Source: an uncultured Candidatus Saccharibacteria bacterium (lineage in GTDB: Bacteria > Patescibacteriota > Saccharimonadia > Saccharimonadales > AWTP1-31). Taken from it: a DNA stretch of 64,000 bases. Positions within the stretch are counted from its first letter, which is position 1, and each line of letters begins with the position of its first letter. The DNA lies in the NCBI GenBank assembly GCA_964641545.1, contig CAZXLT010000001.1, forward strand, positions 20,094-84,093, written 5' to 3'. The translations under genes and the position numbers were made by a program. This document shows positions 29,829 through 39,994 of this stretch, in pieces. Below the pieces are notes generated by a model. It saw only the letters and a list, made by a program, of their open reading frames with translations, searched no databases and was not told where the DNA came from.

Positions 29829-30755
29829 ATGACCCGTATTTTTCACAATACTGCGAAAGCACCTGAATTATTGGAGCTAGCCCAGCCAATTGATGGGTCA
29901 TGGTTGCATTTCGAAGCTCCGACTGAGGCGGAACTACGGAAGCTTGCGTCTCGCTACAATCTTGACGAAGACTTGTTAATTGATGGTATTGACCCAAACG
30001 AATCTCCACGCATTGAACGTGACCGGGGTGCCATCTACATATTTACCCGGTTTTGTTTGCCTATCGAGGAAAAACTAACCACATCCCCACTCCTTATTGT
30101 CCATGCCGGTGGTTTGGTCATTACCATTAGCCGCCGTCCATTTACGAACTTAAACCAGATTATCTCTGGTGAAACAGGGATAATCACTAGCAAACGAACG
30201 CAGTTGATACTACAGATATTAAGTGTGGTCAATAAGGGGTATAAGCAACGTATTAATCATGCCAGTCGACGCATATGGCAGATACGTGCTCAGCTCGAGA
30301 AGACACAAATTGCAAATGAAGATTTTATTAGTTTTATCGACATCGAGGAAGACTTGAATGACTTTTTGCTTGTACTCGAGCCGATGGCGAATTTACTTGG
30401 AAATTTATATAATGGTAAATTTGTTCGACTGTACGAGGAAGATCGCGATTTAATTGAAGATCTTCAATTAAGCACTGACGAGTTAACAATGTTGGCGCAA
30501 TCTCACCTAAACACACTACGTAATGTGCGCGAAGCGTACAGCACCATAACGGCAAACAACTTAAATCGAGTATTTAAGTTAATGACAAGTATCACAATAC
30601 TTATGGGCATTTTTACGCTTATCACTGGCGTTTATAGCATGAACATTAGCCTGCCGGCAGCACACAACCCGAATGCCTTTTGGATAATTCTAGGCGTTAC
30701 CAGTGTTATGATTGGTGGCGCTGCCTGGTTTTTCAAGCGTAACAAGTGGTTTTAG
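29829..30755 (+). CDS. corA: CorA-family divalent cation transporter
   Basis: Cytoplasmic domain plus two C-terminal TM helices with GVYSMNISLP, a GMN-type motif. Confidence 0.75.
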   Translation: MTRIFHNTAKAPELLELAQPIDGSWLHFEAPTEAELRKLASRYNLDEDLLIDGIDPNESPRIERDRGAIYIFTRFCLPIEEKLTTSPLLIVHAGGLVITISRRPFTNLNQIISGETGIITSKRTQLILQILSVVNKGYKQRINHASRRIWQIRAQLEKTQIANEDFISFIDIEEDLNDFLLVLEPMANLLGNLYNGKFVRLYEEDRDLIEDLQLSTDELTMLAQSHLNTLRNVREAYSTITANNLNRVFKLMTSITILMGIFTLITGVYSMNISLPAAHNPNAFWIILGVTSVMIGGAAWFFKRNKWF

Positions 30756-31414
30756 CTTAGTACGTTTATGGCTCGTCCCAGAATGAGTGCGATGGTTAAC
30801 AGCGAGATCATTGACTGACTTAGCATCAATAGTTTTGTTCTTCGCAGTAGCGGCATAGCATCTGTTGGGCTGAATGCGGTGGCGTTTGTCGCGGATACGT
30901 ATAGGTAGTCAATAAAAGTTGGAATCCAATGGTGATCTGGCTGATTATGTAGGTTATCCTGGGGGAACAAAAAGTCACGGTCGGTGCGCTTTGCGAGCTT
31001 TCTCTGTCCTGGACCTCCACCATCAATTTCCCAATACACAAAAGCAAAAACAACAATATTAGTTAAATATATGTTTATCGCGGTCAGAATTAAATCGTGA
31101 CCATTGTAGACACCGCCTTTAAGTAACAAGTCTAAAACTCTGAGCAAGGAGTATATATTAGTAAGACCGACGCTCGCGGTTAAAACTAGTACATTGATTC
31201 GTCGCCAAAACGATTCAAAAACATCTTGGTGTGGCGTAGTTAAGGATAGGCTAATAAGGGCAAAAAGTGACACGATAGCAAGTGTGTGCCTAGAGCTTGC
31301 TAAGAATGTGTCGGGTAATATGAACTGCAGAACGATGGCGACTAATACGGTTAGCTGCACGTGCCATACGGGATCTATGCCGTGCTTCACAGACGTTATC
31401 CGAAGTAACTTCAC
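30752..31414 (-). CDS. Polytopic membrane protein (DUF1345-like?)
   Basis: 220 aa with about 5 hydrophobic helices. The family assignment is tentative. Confidence 0.45.
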   Translation of the reverse strand: MKLLRITSVKHGIDPVWHVQLTVLVAIVLQFILPDTFLASSRHTLAIVSLFALISLSLTTPHQDVFESFWRRINVLVLTASVGLTNIYSLLRVLDLLLKGGVYNGHDLILTAINIYLTNIVVFAFVYWEIDGGGPGQRKLAKRTDRDFLFPQDNLHNQPDHHWIPTFIDYLYVSATNATAFSPTDAMPLLRRTKLLMLSQSMISLLTIALILGRAINVLS

Positions 31415-32421
31415 TGTTCTTTCGCTTTCAATTTTTGTTGTCGCTTAAGAGCAGTGTCACGCTCATCTTCAATCTCTTGTCCAATAATTTCTTCCACAAC
31501 GTCCTCGATGGTAACTACCCCAACGAATTTGCCTCCATGGCTCACCGGCATCATATGTGTTCGTGCAGTAATAAAACGTCGGAAAATTGTATCAAGTGCC
31601 GTCATTTGACCAATAGTTTGCGTTTGGTGGAGTGGAAGCTGATGTATTGTTTGCGGCGTTTCATCAAAGTCTATGTCGACCAGACTTTTAAGTAACAATA
31701 ATCCGTAGCACTCGGTTAGTTGTGTATTAAAAATCGGAACGCGGCTGAAGTTTTTTTCCTTTAGCTCGTCGATCTTAATACCATCTATAGTCGTCTGAGA
31801 AGTTAGCCAGTAAACTTCGTTGATTGGAGTCATGATGTCGCGAACATGTTTCTCGCTTAATGCGAGTGCGCCACGAATAATCTCGACTTCACTCTCGTCG
31901 AGCTCGCTTTTTTTATCATCGGCATGCTCAGCAATAATTAAGCCCAGCTCGTGTCGACTATGCAGCTTTGTTGGTTGGTTCTTGAATATGGCATCAAGAA
32001 GTAGCTGTAAGGGTTTTGAGAAAGGGTATGTTGCGATGACCATAAGTTTAATCATTGGTGCTAAGCGAGCAACAAAATACATTGACCTTCTCACAAATAC
32101 AACCTGAGGCAATATTTCAGCAAACACTACAATTAAGACTGTACTGATCAAACCAGCTACGAGACCGTTTAAGCGTCCTTCTAAAAAAATTGAAATAGCA
32201 GCGTTTGCCGCCACATTGGTCACGAGAATACTGACTAAACTCAAGTGACCATTTTCACGTAACGGAAGTACTTTTTTGGCGCTTTTGTTACCAAGCTGAA
32301 CTTTCCTTCTTAGCGTTGCAACATCGAGCGACATCAATGCTAGCGCAACACCAGAACAAATTGCGGAGGTTCCTATCAAAAGCACTGAAGTAATTACCAA
32401 ACTTACCACACTCATCTTCAC
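31411..32421 (-). CDS. CNNM/CorC-family transporter (DUF21 TM domain plus CBS pair)
   Basis: DUF21 segment LSLVSILVTNVAANAAISIFLEG followed by a CBS pair. It lacks a CorC_HlyC C-terminal domain. Confidence 0.75.
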   Translation of the reverse strand: MKMSVVSLVITSVLLIGTSAICSGVALALMSLDVATLRRKVQLGNKSAKKVLPLRENGHLSLVSILVTNVAANAAISIFLEGRLNGLVAGLISTVLIVVFAEILPQVVFVRRSMYFVARLAPMIKLMVIATYPFSKPLQLLLDAIFKNQPTKLHSRHELGLIIAEHADDKKSELDESEVEIIRGALALSEKHVRDIMTPINEVYWLTSQTTIDGIKIDELKEKNFSRVPIFNTQLTECYGLLLLKSLVDIDFDETPQTIHQLPLHQTQTIGQMTALDTIFRRFITARTHMMPVSHGGKFVGVVTIEDVVEEIIGQEIEDERDTALKRQQKLKAKEQ

Positions 32422-32453
32422 CAGACAGTATATCAGACAGCAAGAAACACGCT

Positions 32454-34754
32454 TTAGTATGTTCCTCTACGCATCGTTGTCTCTGTGACACGAGATGCCT
32501 GACGGCTGCATAATAAAAGTGCCGGCCAGGATATTTGGTGTTCTTGCATTATTTCGCGCATACGTTTCGTAGGGCGTAACCCGGATTCTCGCACTGCTTG
32601 CTCGAAGCCCGGCGGATAACTAAGTAGACCATGCATGCGAAGCTGCGTAGCAAGATTTTCTTGCCCTAATCTTACGCCACGTTCTTCCTGGTGCGAAATT
32701 CTGCGAACATCAACCAAAATTGTTTGGAGCCAGTTGCGGAAAGCCCCTACTGCTTCAGTATCGATTGGTTTTTTATCTTCTTCTTTTCTCCTCGCTTGGT
32801 GCTCGTCGGCAGTTTCTTTCATGGGTCGTCTGTGAGTGGTTGTTTTTGAGACGGCAGACGTTCTTGCGGGAGCTGGTGCGCGTCGTGCGGGTGCGACTCG
32901 TTTCGTATGCCAGCCAATATTGGTTTTCGGGTTTAGTATTGCAGTAACTTCATCTCGGTCATATGCTCTTGTGGCCCGACCTTTTTCATCTAATTTATGG
33001 ACTTGTTCACAGTCTTCGGCTGCAAGTACGCGTCGAATAACTGAAGCGCTACGACCTTTGCTAAGCTCGGGATCGCTTATAATCTGTCCCATTGTTATAT
33101 CACTGGCAAGCAGCGGTTCAAAACCAAGCATCTCAGCAAGCAGCGCCTCGCTTCGAGGAGGATACAACACAAATTGCTTTTCTCCATCTTGCTGTGTTTT
33201 GCTGCCAACTTTTGCCTTACTGAGGCGCCTAATAACTTCTGATTCGGGGATGCCAAGTACGTAACCCAAGTAGCCAGCATTCACCCAGTTAGAGGGCACA
33301 GATTGTTGCCCGTTAGTAATACGTATCTCATCGATTGGTAGTTGATCAAGCTTGTTCATCGCCGCGCGAAGTTCAGGATCAAGCGTTCCTTTCATAGCTC
33401 GTGATTTTGGTGCTATTGAGTCGGTGGAAGCAAAACGATGTCCTTGGACGACAATCGTTTCGTTTAACACGTCGATAGCAGTAACTTGGGGCCTTTCCCT
33501 GGTCTGATCTGGTGTCGCGATATCATACACCAAATCGAAGTACTCAGCGACCTTTCCCTGCCTCCATCTCATAACACGCCCTAAGCCTTGTTCGGCAAGT
33601 ACGACCGACATGACAGGACGTGTGTTAATACCATATTCTACGTCGCCATCCCAACCGACATTAACAAGGTCTACGTTTGTAATCCCATCAATTTCGTGCG
33701 CTTCAAGTTTCTTAAAAATAGTGTCAAGCTCTTTGGCGGTCATATCGCCATCCACGTGCGAGACTCGCAGCTTTCGCCGACCAGTTGGTGTATCTATAAT
33801 TTGATTCGACAATCTCCTTGCAAGTTCCCTTGATATAAGACGATCGTGCCCTGGTGGGCAGTGGATAATTCCAACACGATTTCGTTGAGCCTGGTTTGTG
33901 ACTATGGCACGAATTAAGTTAAAGTCTGGAATTTCTCTGAGTGCCCGAAATACGTCTGCTTCGTTCAATTCTCCAAGGCGCGTGCGGCCGGCGATAATTC
34001 GGGTGGAAGCCTGTATTAACCGAACCTCTAGCGGAGATATGTAGCCGTCGTTTATTCCTTCGCGAATTGTTTCGTGCATGCCCACCAGCGGAAACATATC
34101 AAATGCGGTACGAGTTTGGCTATATGAAGGGGTGGCGCTGAAGCCGACGGCTAACCGGCCAGGCAAAAGTCGTCGCAAAGTTTCAGACGCTTTTCCATTA
34201 ATAACAAGGTGCATTTCGTCTGCAGTCACTACATTAGGGTTTAATCTTTTCAGTTCACCGCTTCGTTCCATCCCTGGGAATGATTGGTAGCATGCGATAG
34301 TTACATCCGCATCGGCTACTCTGCCCCGCCTCCCTGTGCCTGTAACGGTTAAATCTGGAGCAAAGCTGCGTAAACCCTGCTGTTCTTTTTCGCCGTAAGT
34401 TTGGCGTCCGATTTTAATGCGTGGAACCCCCACTAATGCGCGAAGCGCTAAATCTCCTTCTGGTGTTCTTTCGCGAAGTCCTTGATGCATCATTCTGAGA
34501 ATCTCTGACTGCATTACTGTTTTACCAGAACCAGTTGGACTGACCATAGCGATACCCATTCCAGATGCATAGCTATCAATTGTTAATTCGTCCATTACTG
34601 CTTCGCGAAAACCATAGATACCAGATACTTGGTGTTTGCGGAGATGACTGGCTTGCGGGTCGCTCGGATCATATGCGCCAACAGCAAAACGCAAGGCTTC
34701 AAAGTTTTGCTCTATTTCGCTGGAGGATGGCGGCGTCACTAAACCTGTCGACAT
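32454..34754 (-). CDS. Superfamily-2 helicase (ResIII/DEAD-like core) with a ~340-aa uncharacterised C-terminal extension
   Basis: Motif I MVSPTGSGKTV, motif II VVTADEMH, motif III GFSATP, motif VI QGLGRVMR. The C-terminal region is basic and Arg-rich with no known domain. Confidence 0.8.
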   Translation of the reverse strand: MSTGLVTPPSSSEIEQNFEALRFAVGAYDPSDPQASHLRKHQVSGIYGFREAVMDELTIDSYASGMGIAMVSPTGSGKTVMQSEILRMMHQGLRERTPEGDLALRALVGVPRIKIGRQTYGEKEQQGLRSFAPDLTVTGTGRRGRVADADVTIACYQSFPGMERSGELKRLNPNVVTADEMHLVINGKASETLRRLLPGRLAVGFSATPSYSQTRTAFDMFPLVGMHETIREGINDGYISPLEVRLIQASTRIIAGRTRLGELNEADVFRALREIPDFNLIRAIVTNQAQRNRVGIIHCPPGHDRLISRELARRLSNQIIDTPTGRRKLRVSHVDGDMTAKELDTIFKKLEAHEIDGITNVDLVNVGWDGDVEYGINTRPVMSVVLAEQGLGRVMRWRQGKVAEYFDLVYDIATPDQTRERPQVTAIDVLNETIVVQGHRFASTDSIAPKSRAMKGTLDPELRAAMNKLDQLPIDEIRITNGQQSVPSNWVNAGYLGYVLGIPESEVIRRLSKAKVGSKTQQDGEKQFVLYPPRSEALLAEMLGFEPLLASDITMGQIISDPELSKGRSASVIRRVLAAEDCEQVHKLDEKGRATRAYDRDEVTAILNPKTNIGWHTKRVAPARRAPAPARTSAVSKTTTHRRPMKETADEHQARRKEEDKKPIDTEAVGAFRNWLQTILVDVRRISHQEERGVRLGQENLATQLRMHGLLSYPPGFEQAVRESGLRPTKRMREIMQEHQISWPALLLCSRQASRVTETTMRRGTY

Positions 34755-34802
34755 AATAATTTACTGATCCTACTGCAACAAACAACAGATTGCAAGTAGA
34801 TC

Positions 34803-34830
34803 GCATCATCGTAACGCGTGATGCTACAAT
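34803..34830 (+). promoter_or_regulatory. Inverted repeat GCATCA-N10-TGATGC abutting a TACAAT -10 box, directly upstream of the GT1 gene
   Basis: TACAAT at 34825-34830 lies only 3 nt before ATG 34834 (a second ATG at 34837), implying a leaderless or near-leaderless transcript. The inverted repeat occupies the spacer. Confidence 0.35.
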
Positions 34831-34833
34831 GCA

Positions 34834-35904
34834 ATGATGAAAGTCGCGCTGGTAACGTGCTATAAGGAACCCGACTATGTCCGCGCTCGAACAATCCGCG
34901 CAGCAGTTAAGCGTTTACCGAATGTTCACCCCGTTATCGTCAAAAATAAACACCTCGGGGTGTTACGTTACACCGAGATAGCAGCCAAATTGGTAATTAC
35001 CAGATTCAAATATAAGCCCGATGTGTACCTGCTTACGTTTCGAGCTTATGAAATCCTGCCACTAGCCCTACTTGTATGCATTGGTAAGCCAGTAATATAT
35101 GACGAATTTATTAACCCGATAGAGTGGCTGGTATATGAACACCATAAAATTAGACGGGGCGGACTGCCCCATAGATTGTTCGCAGCTTTGTATCGCTGGC
35201 TTGTGGCGAAAACTACGTTTATTTTGGCGGATACCGCTGAGCATGCTGGATTTTCAAGCCAACTGAACCGCATTGATAAAAATAAGTATTACGCTATTCC
35301 TGTTGGTGCGGACGAAGCGTTGTTTAAGCCGGCAGATACCAAAAAAGTGACAAAAGCACCCTTCCGAGTATTTTTCTACGGGAACATGCGTCCTCTGCAT
35401 GGCATTGACTACGTTCTAAAAGCAACGCAGCTTCTCGATAGTCATGAGTATGCATTTTACATTGTTGGTGGTGACAACAAGGTCGAACGTGCCGTCGCGG
35501 ATGTAAGCGCTTCTACCGGTACATCTATTACGTATACACGCCGAATACCCTTCGACCAAATAGCTCGTCAAATGCATGAGACTGATATTTTCCTAGGTGG
35601 TCCGTTTGGAGGTACAACACAGGCTCGATATGTTATATCGGGAAAAACCACCCAAGCATTAGCAGCTGGTGTACCAACCATTGTCGGAAAAAACCGCGTA
35701 ACAAAGCTATTTATTGATCAACAAAACTGTTTGTTGGTAGACCAAGCAAACCCAAAGTCATTAGCAAATGCAATTATTTGGGCACAAACTCACCGAAAGG
35801 AACTTTCAAAAATTGCATTGTCGGGTCGACGCTTATACGAGAAGGAATTTTCAGTAGACAAAATCAGTCGTTTACTTGCCGAGGTTTTCGAGAAAGTTGC
35901 TTGA
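34834..35904 (+). CDS. Glycosyltransferase family 1 (GT-B fold)
   Basis: C-terminal GT1 nucleotide-sugar binding region GGPFGGTTQARYVISGKTTQALAAGVPTIVGK. Confidence 0.7.
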   Translation: MMKVALVTCYKEPDYVRARTIRAAVKRLPNVHPVIVKNKHLGVLRYTEIAAKLVITRFKYKPDVYLLTFRAYEILPLALLVCIGKPVIYDEFINPIEWLVYEHHKIRRGGLPHRLFAALYRWLVAKTTFILADTAEHAGFSSQLNRIDKNKYYAIPVGADEALFKPADTKKVTKAPFRVFFYGNMRPLHGIDYVLKATQLLDSHEYAFYIVGGDNKVERAVADVSASTGTSITYTRRIPFDQIARQMHETDIFLGGPFGGTTQARYVISGKTTQALAAGVPTIVGKNRVTKLFIDQQNCLLVDQANPKSLANAIIWAQTHRKELSKIALSGRRLYEKEFSVDKISRLLAEVFEKVA

Positions 35905-36772
35905 CGTGCAACTGCTGAGTAGCCTTAAAGTATAGTGCCAAAATGCCAATAATGCCCAAAAAAAGTATATAAACAGATCGATCAATAATGTTAGCCGCAA
36001 TAATTGTCTGCGGGTCGATGTTATGAATTTTCTGCGAGAGTACCAAAAACGATTCGCGAAAACCTATCCCACCCGGCGTGAACGCTACGAAAAGCGTCAG
36101 GTTTGCTATACCTGTGTAGCCTAGTATTTGACGTAGGCCAATAGTTGGGTCTATGCTCCGAAGCTCAAAGTAGTACAGCAGCCAAAGTGTAACCACCTGA
36201 ATAACGACGCCAATCACCATCAGACTAGCTGACTCTAAAACTGCAAACTTAATTTTTCGGCTCAGCTCATAGCGACTTGACCCTATAATAACCGCAAATA
36301 ACAATAATGACATCGGGATTGCCAGCCACCACAAGGATGTTGCTAGAACAACGCAGACTGCGCTAATAACCGAGTAAAGAAAATAGTACACAAGTGTGGC
36401 ATAGCTATATCGCTTTAGGCTAATTGAATGGTATTTTTTTAAGTATAGCGCCCTAAAGCCCGGACCGCTTTGGAGTGGCCCAAAAAAATTAATAAGCGAA
36501 GAGTAGACGACTAACAGTGTCTTTTGTTTCTTGCTAACCTGACCTCCTGCAATTTTTAAACTTGCTTCCAAAATAATCACAAGCGCCACGATCGTTAAAC
36601 TAAACAGTGCCAGCAGAACACCCACCAATACTAGCGATGTGTGGCGAAGACTTGTCAAAACCTCGGGGTGAGTTCGTATGTAGCGGTACGTGACAAATGC
36701 ACTTACTAGTAAGATAAGAACTGATAACGTTTGCTTCCACCGTTTTGTTGGTTGCACATACGTATTATACAA
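35864..36772 (-). CDS. UPF0104 / lysyl-PG-synthase-TM-like 'flippase-like' membrane protein
   Basis: Eight-TM pattern with FTPGGIGFRESFLVL, characteristic of the TIGR00374/UPF0104 flippase-like family. Its 3-prime end overlaps the convergent GT1 gene by 41 nt. Confidence 0.6.
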   Translation of the reverse strand: MYNTYVQPTKRWKQTLSVLILLVSAFVTYRYIRTHPEVLTSLRHTSLVLVGVLLALFSLTIVALVIILEASLKIAGGQVSKKQKTLLVVYSSLINFFGPLQSGPGFRALYLKKYHSISLKRYSYATLVYYFLYSVISAVCVVLATSLWWLAIPMSLLLFAVIIGSSRYELSRKIKFAVLESASLMVIGVVIQVVTLWLLYYFELRSIDPTIGLRQILGYTGIANLTLFVAFTPGGIGFRESFLVLSQKIHNIDPQTIIAANIIDRSVYILFLGIIGILALYFKATQQLHVKQLSRKPRQVND

Positions 36773-36797
36773 AAACCCGGGGTATAATGGGGTATCT

Positions 36798-38309
36798 ATG
36801 TCTTCAAAAAGTCAGGCATTAACAAAACAATCTCTCCTAAGCAGACTAAAAGCAACTCTTAGTAGCAAATGGTTTTTTATTGTTTGTCTGGTCATTTTTG
36901 TTGCAGGTGTGCTGTGGATCATTTTCTCGTCTATTTATCCAATGGCCTATGACGAGGCGTACCATTTTGGTTTGATCAACCTGTACTCCAACTACTGGCA
37001 CCCATTCTTTGCCAATCAACCACCCAATGCCGATGTGTATGGTTCGGTAGCTCGCGAACCATCATTTTTGTATCACTACTTGTTTGGACAATTATTCCGT
37101 GGAATCAGAGCTGTATGTAGCACTGAGCTAGCACAAATACTTGTACTCCGTTGTTTATCGCTCGCCATGGTTGTTCCGGCTATCCTGATTTTGCGAAGTG
37201 CGCTTGTGCGATTCACTCGATATTCGCTGGCGCAGATACACCTGGCGCTTAGTTTTTTTATGCTTGTCCCGATGGTCTCGATGTTGTCAGCACAAATAAA
37301 TTACGACAACGCCATGTTTTTGCTTTCCTCTGTTGTAGTTTATCTGGCCTTGAAGACCCTGCGCTTGCTTGAGTCAAAAAAGGTTGATTCAGCAACACTC
37401 TTTTGGCTCGCAATCACCGGGCTCATTACCTGTGTTACTAAATATACGTTTTTGCCTGCTTTCTTTGGCCTAGTCATTTTTCTTGTCTGGAGCATTTGGC
37501 GAACAATGGGTATAACACCTGCCGTCAGTAGTTTTCGAAAAAGCTTCAGTAAACTCTCTACCCTGTACAAGCTAGGCGTTATTGCGCTGTTTATTATCGC
37601 CGCAGGCCTAAGCTGGCAGCGATATGGCATTAACGTCCTGCGTTACGGACGACCGGTACCCGACTGCCGTCAGGTATTGACTGAGCACCAGTGTTGGCAA
37701 TACCCGCCATGGCAGCGCAACTATGTCTTTATCTATTACAAGGATGCGAATCTTAACACCAGTATTTACCCGTTTACGCGTTTTTGGTTGAGTAGATTAT
37801 ACCGTAGCTTATTATACGTATTGAATGGACCGGCTAGTCAATATTCGGTTGGAGCACCGTTTGCTGTGCCATTAATTGTTGCGCGACTATTCTTAATTAC
37901 AGGTTTTTTTCTTGGTGTATTCCTGGCGCTATTCAAACGACAGCGGTTTAAACAAGAAGATGGTTTGTTCCTCTGCATAATTGTATGTTTCGTAGCGATT
38001 TTATTCTTGCAGAACTATACAGATTTTGTACGGGTTGGCCAAAGGATAGCCGTCCAAGGGCGCTACCTATTGCCTATTGTTCTTCCGATGATCTTATTGC
38101 TGATTAGTATTTTCAATTATGCGCTACAAGGTCTGCGTGGTCTAAAAATCGGTTTAGCAGTTTTTGCGCTATTGATAGCAACGCAAGGTCTTGGTGTAAC
38201 GGCGTTTATTCTGCGCAGCGACCAAGAATGGTACCGCGAAAGTCAGCGTGTTATTGACGCCAATCATAAGGCGCGCAGCATTATTGCGCCCCTTGTAATT
38301 GAGAATTAG
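36798..38309 (+). CDS. GT-C-fold polytopic membrane glycosyltransferase-like protein (DUF2142/ArnT/PMT-like)
   Basis: More than 10 TM helices, with an early extracytoplasmic loop carrying MAYDEAYHFGL (a DE-type motif of GT-C enzymes). Start at ATG 36798 rather than the track start 36690. Confidence 0.55.
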   Translation: MSSKSQALTKQSLLSRLKATLSSKWFFIVCLVIFVAGVLWIIFSSIYPMAYDEAYHFGLINLYSNYWHPFFANQPPNADVYGSVAREPSFLYHYLFGQLFRGIRAVCSTELAQILVLRCLSLAMVVPAILILRSALVRFTRYSLAQIHLALSFFMLVPMVSMLSAQINYDNAMFLLSSVVVYLALKTLRLLESKKVDSATLFWLAITGLITCVTKYTFLPAFFGLVIFLVWSIWRTMGITPAVSSFRKSFSKLSTLYKLGVIALFIIAAGLSWQRYGINVLRYGRPVPDCRQVLTEHQCWQYPPWQRNYVFIYYKDANLNTSIYPFTRFWLSRLYRSLLYVLNGPASQYSVGAPFAVPLIVARLFLITGFFLGVFLALFKRQRFKQEDGLFLCIIVCFVAILFLQNYTDFVRVGQRIAVQGRYLLPIVLPMILLLISIFNYALQGLRGLKIGLAVFALLIATQGLGVTAFILRSDQEWYRESQRVIDANHKARSIIAPLVIEN

Positions 38310-39251
38310 TTATTTACCGAAACGCTCACGTTTTTGGTGTTCAAGACTATCTTCAATTAATATTCGGTTTATTCGAATAAGGTCGGCAATGATGCCCAAC
38401 GCAAATGACAAAAAGGCTCCACCGAGCAACACAGAACCCACTATGAGTGATTGCAAATGAGCACCATGCTGATCTTGCAAAACAAAGTACAGGTATCGAC
38501 CAAATGGAATAAGTCCGGCGACCAGCAGGAACAGGCTCACTGAACTAAATAAAACGTACGGCTTGTACATGATGTATGCGCGAACAATTGAAACCGCAGA
38601 TTTCGTGACATGCTCCCAGGTAGATGAAAACAAGCGCGACTCTCTGGTTTTTGGATTTACAGCTATTGGGACGCTAGCAATAGCAAGTTTTTTATTGCCT
38701 GCCTGGATGATTGTCTCGGTGGTATAGCTAAAGCGAGTTATGGTGTTCAGCAGCATAAGCGATTCTCGAGAATAAGCTCGAAAGCCACTGACAGCATCGG
38801 GAATCTGTGTCCCAGCTGCTTTGTTGACAATAGTCGTGCCCAGATGTTGCAGACGTTTTTTGAAAGGAGAAAAATGCTCAATGGTCTGCGTTTGACGATC
38901 TGCAATAACAATATCCGCTTTCCCTTCTAAAATTGGTGTGATCAAATCTCCAATTTTCTCTTGGGGGTATTGGTTGTCGCCGTCCGTATTCACTACTATG
39001 TCTGCGCCAAGCTCTAGTGCTCTGTTAACTCCATCGTGGAAAGAGCGAGCCAACCCACGGTTACCGATGTGATGAATGAATTGCTTTACACCCTGGTCCT
39101 TTGCGATCTGGACCGTTTTGTCGGTTGAGCCATCGTCTATTATCAAAATTTCAATTGAGTCCACACCTTTTATCGCCGCAGGAATAGACTCTAGCACAGT
39201 GGGCAATGTCTTTTCTTCGTTTAAGCACGGAATTTGTATTACTAACTTCAA
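38310..39251 (-). CDS. GT2 polyprenyl-phosphate sugar synthase (GtrB/DPM1-like) with C-terminal TM helices
   Basis: IQIPCLNEEKTL, ILIIDDGSTD, VVNTDGDNQYP (DxD), and two C-terminal TM helices. Likely TTG start at 39251 preceded by AAGGA; the track ORF extends to 39353. Confidence 0.75.
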   Translation of the reverse strand: MKLVIQIPCLNEEKTLPTVLESIPAAIKGVDSIEILIIDDGSTDKTVQIAKDQGVKQFIHHIGNRGLARSFHDGVNRALELGADIVVNTDGDNQYPQEKIGDLITPILEGKADIVIADRQTQTIEHFSPFKKRLQHLGTTIVNKAAGTQIPDAVSGFRAYSRESLMLLNTITRFSYTTETIIQAGNKKLAIASVPIAVNPKTRESRLFSSTWEHVTKSAVSIVRAYIMYKPYVLFSSVSLFLLVAGLIPFGRYLYFVLQDQHGAHLQSLIVGSVLLGGAFLSFALGIIADLIRINRILIEDSLEHQKRERFGK

Positions 39252-39337
39252 GATAGTCCTTAGATTACTCAAATGATTATACCCTCTTGCCACAATCAAT
39301 AAAAAGATTCTCTTACTCTTTGGTGTAAAATGAAAAT

Positions 39338-39736
39338 ATGCATACTGATACAAAGTTATTTAATAACAAGCTTGAGCCGCAAGATAAGAAGATTTGTGAT
39401 CTATTGGCGAAAGAAATTGATAAAAGCTTGTCTGGGGCTGAGAATAAAATCTGGCATGGTTCCCCGGTCTGGTTTTTGGACGGTAATCCAATTGTTGGGT
39501 ACGACAGGCTCAAAGATGCAGTGCGCCTACTCTTTTGGAGCGGTCAGTCATTTGATGAGCCTGGGTTAAAGGCAGAGGGTAGCTTTAAGGCCGCCGAAGC
39601 ACGGTTCACCAATGTCGATCAAATTAATAGTAAAGACCTCATGCGCTGGCTGGAAAAATCAAAAGTAATACAGTGGGATTATAAGAATATAGTTAAGCGT
39701 AAAGGCGTACTGGAGAAGTTGGAGCCGTCTAGCTAA
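39338..39736 (+). CDS. DUF1801 (YdhG-like) domain protein
   Basis: KIWHGSPVWFLDGNPIVGYDRLKDAVRLLFWSG fits the DUF1801 pattern. Confidence 0.55.
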   Translation: MHTDTKLFNNKLEPQDKKICDLLAKEIDKSLSGAENKIWHGSPVWFLDGNPIVGYDRLKDAVRLLFWSGQSFDEPGLKAEGSFKAAEARFTNVDQINSKDLMRWLEKSKVIQWDYKNIVKRKGVLEKLEPSS

Positions 39737-39942
39737 GATTTACCGTCGAGATATTTCCCTGCAACACTCAGGGCAAATGAAGATAAAATCACAAATACCG
39801 TTGCCATAAAAAGTTTTGAGATCAAAAGCTCAAGTCCGTGGCTTTTGTCATCCGGATCGGTCCCAGTTAGCACCATTATGACTCCAAGAACTCCAAATGT
39901 TACGGAGGCGTATATGAAAACGCGCGTGGCTAATTTTTGCAT
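39733..39942 (-). CDS. Small two-TM membrane protein
   Basis: 69 aa with two hydrophobic helices. ATGA-type overlap with the upstream gene end. Confidence 0.4.
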   Translation of the reverse strand: MQKLATRVFIYASVTFGVLGVIMVLTGTDPDDKSHGLELLISKLFMATVFVILSSFALSVAGKYLDGKS

Positions 39943-39994
39943 AGCTTCAGTATATCAAGCCGGGCAAGGTCTGAACTAGGATATACTTTTATTC

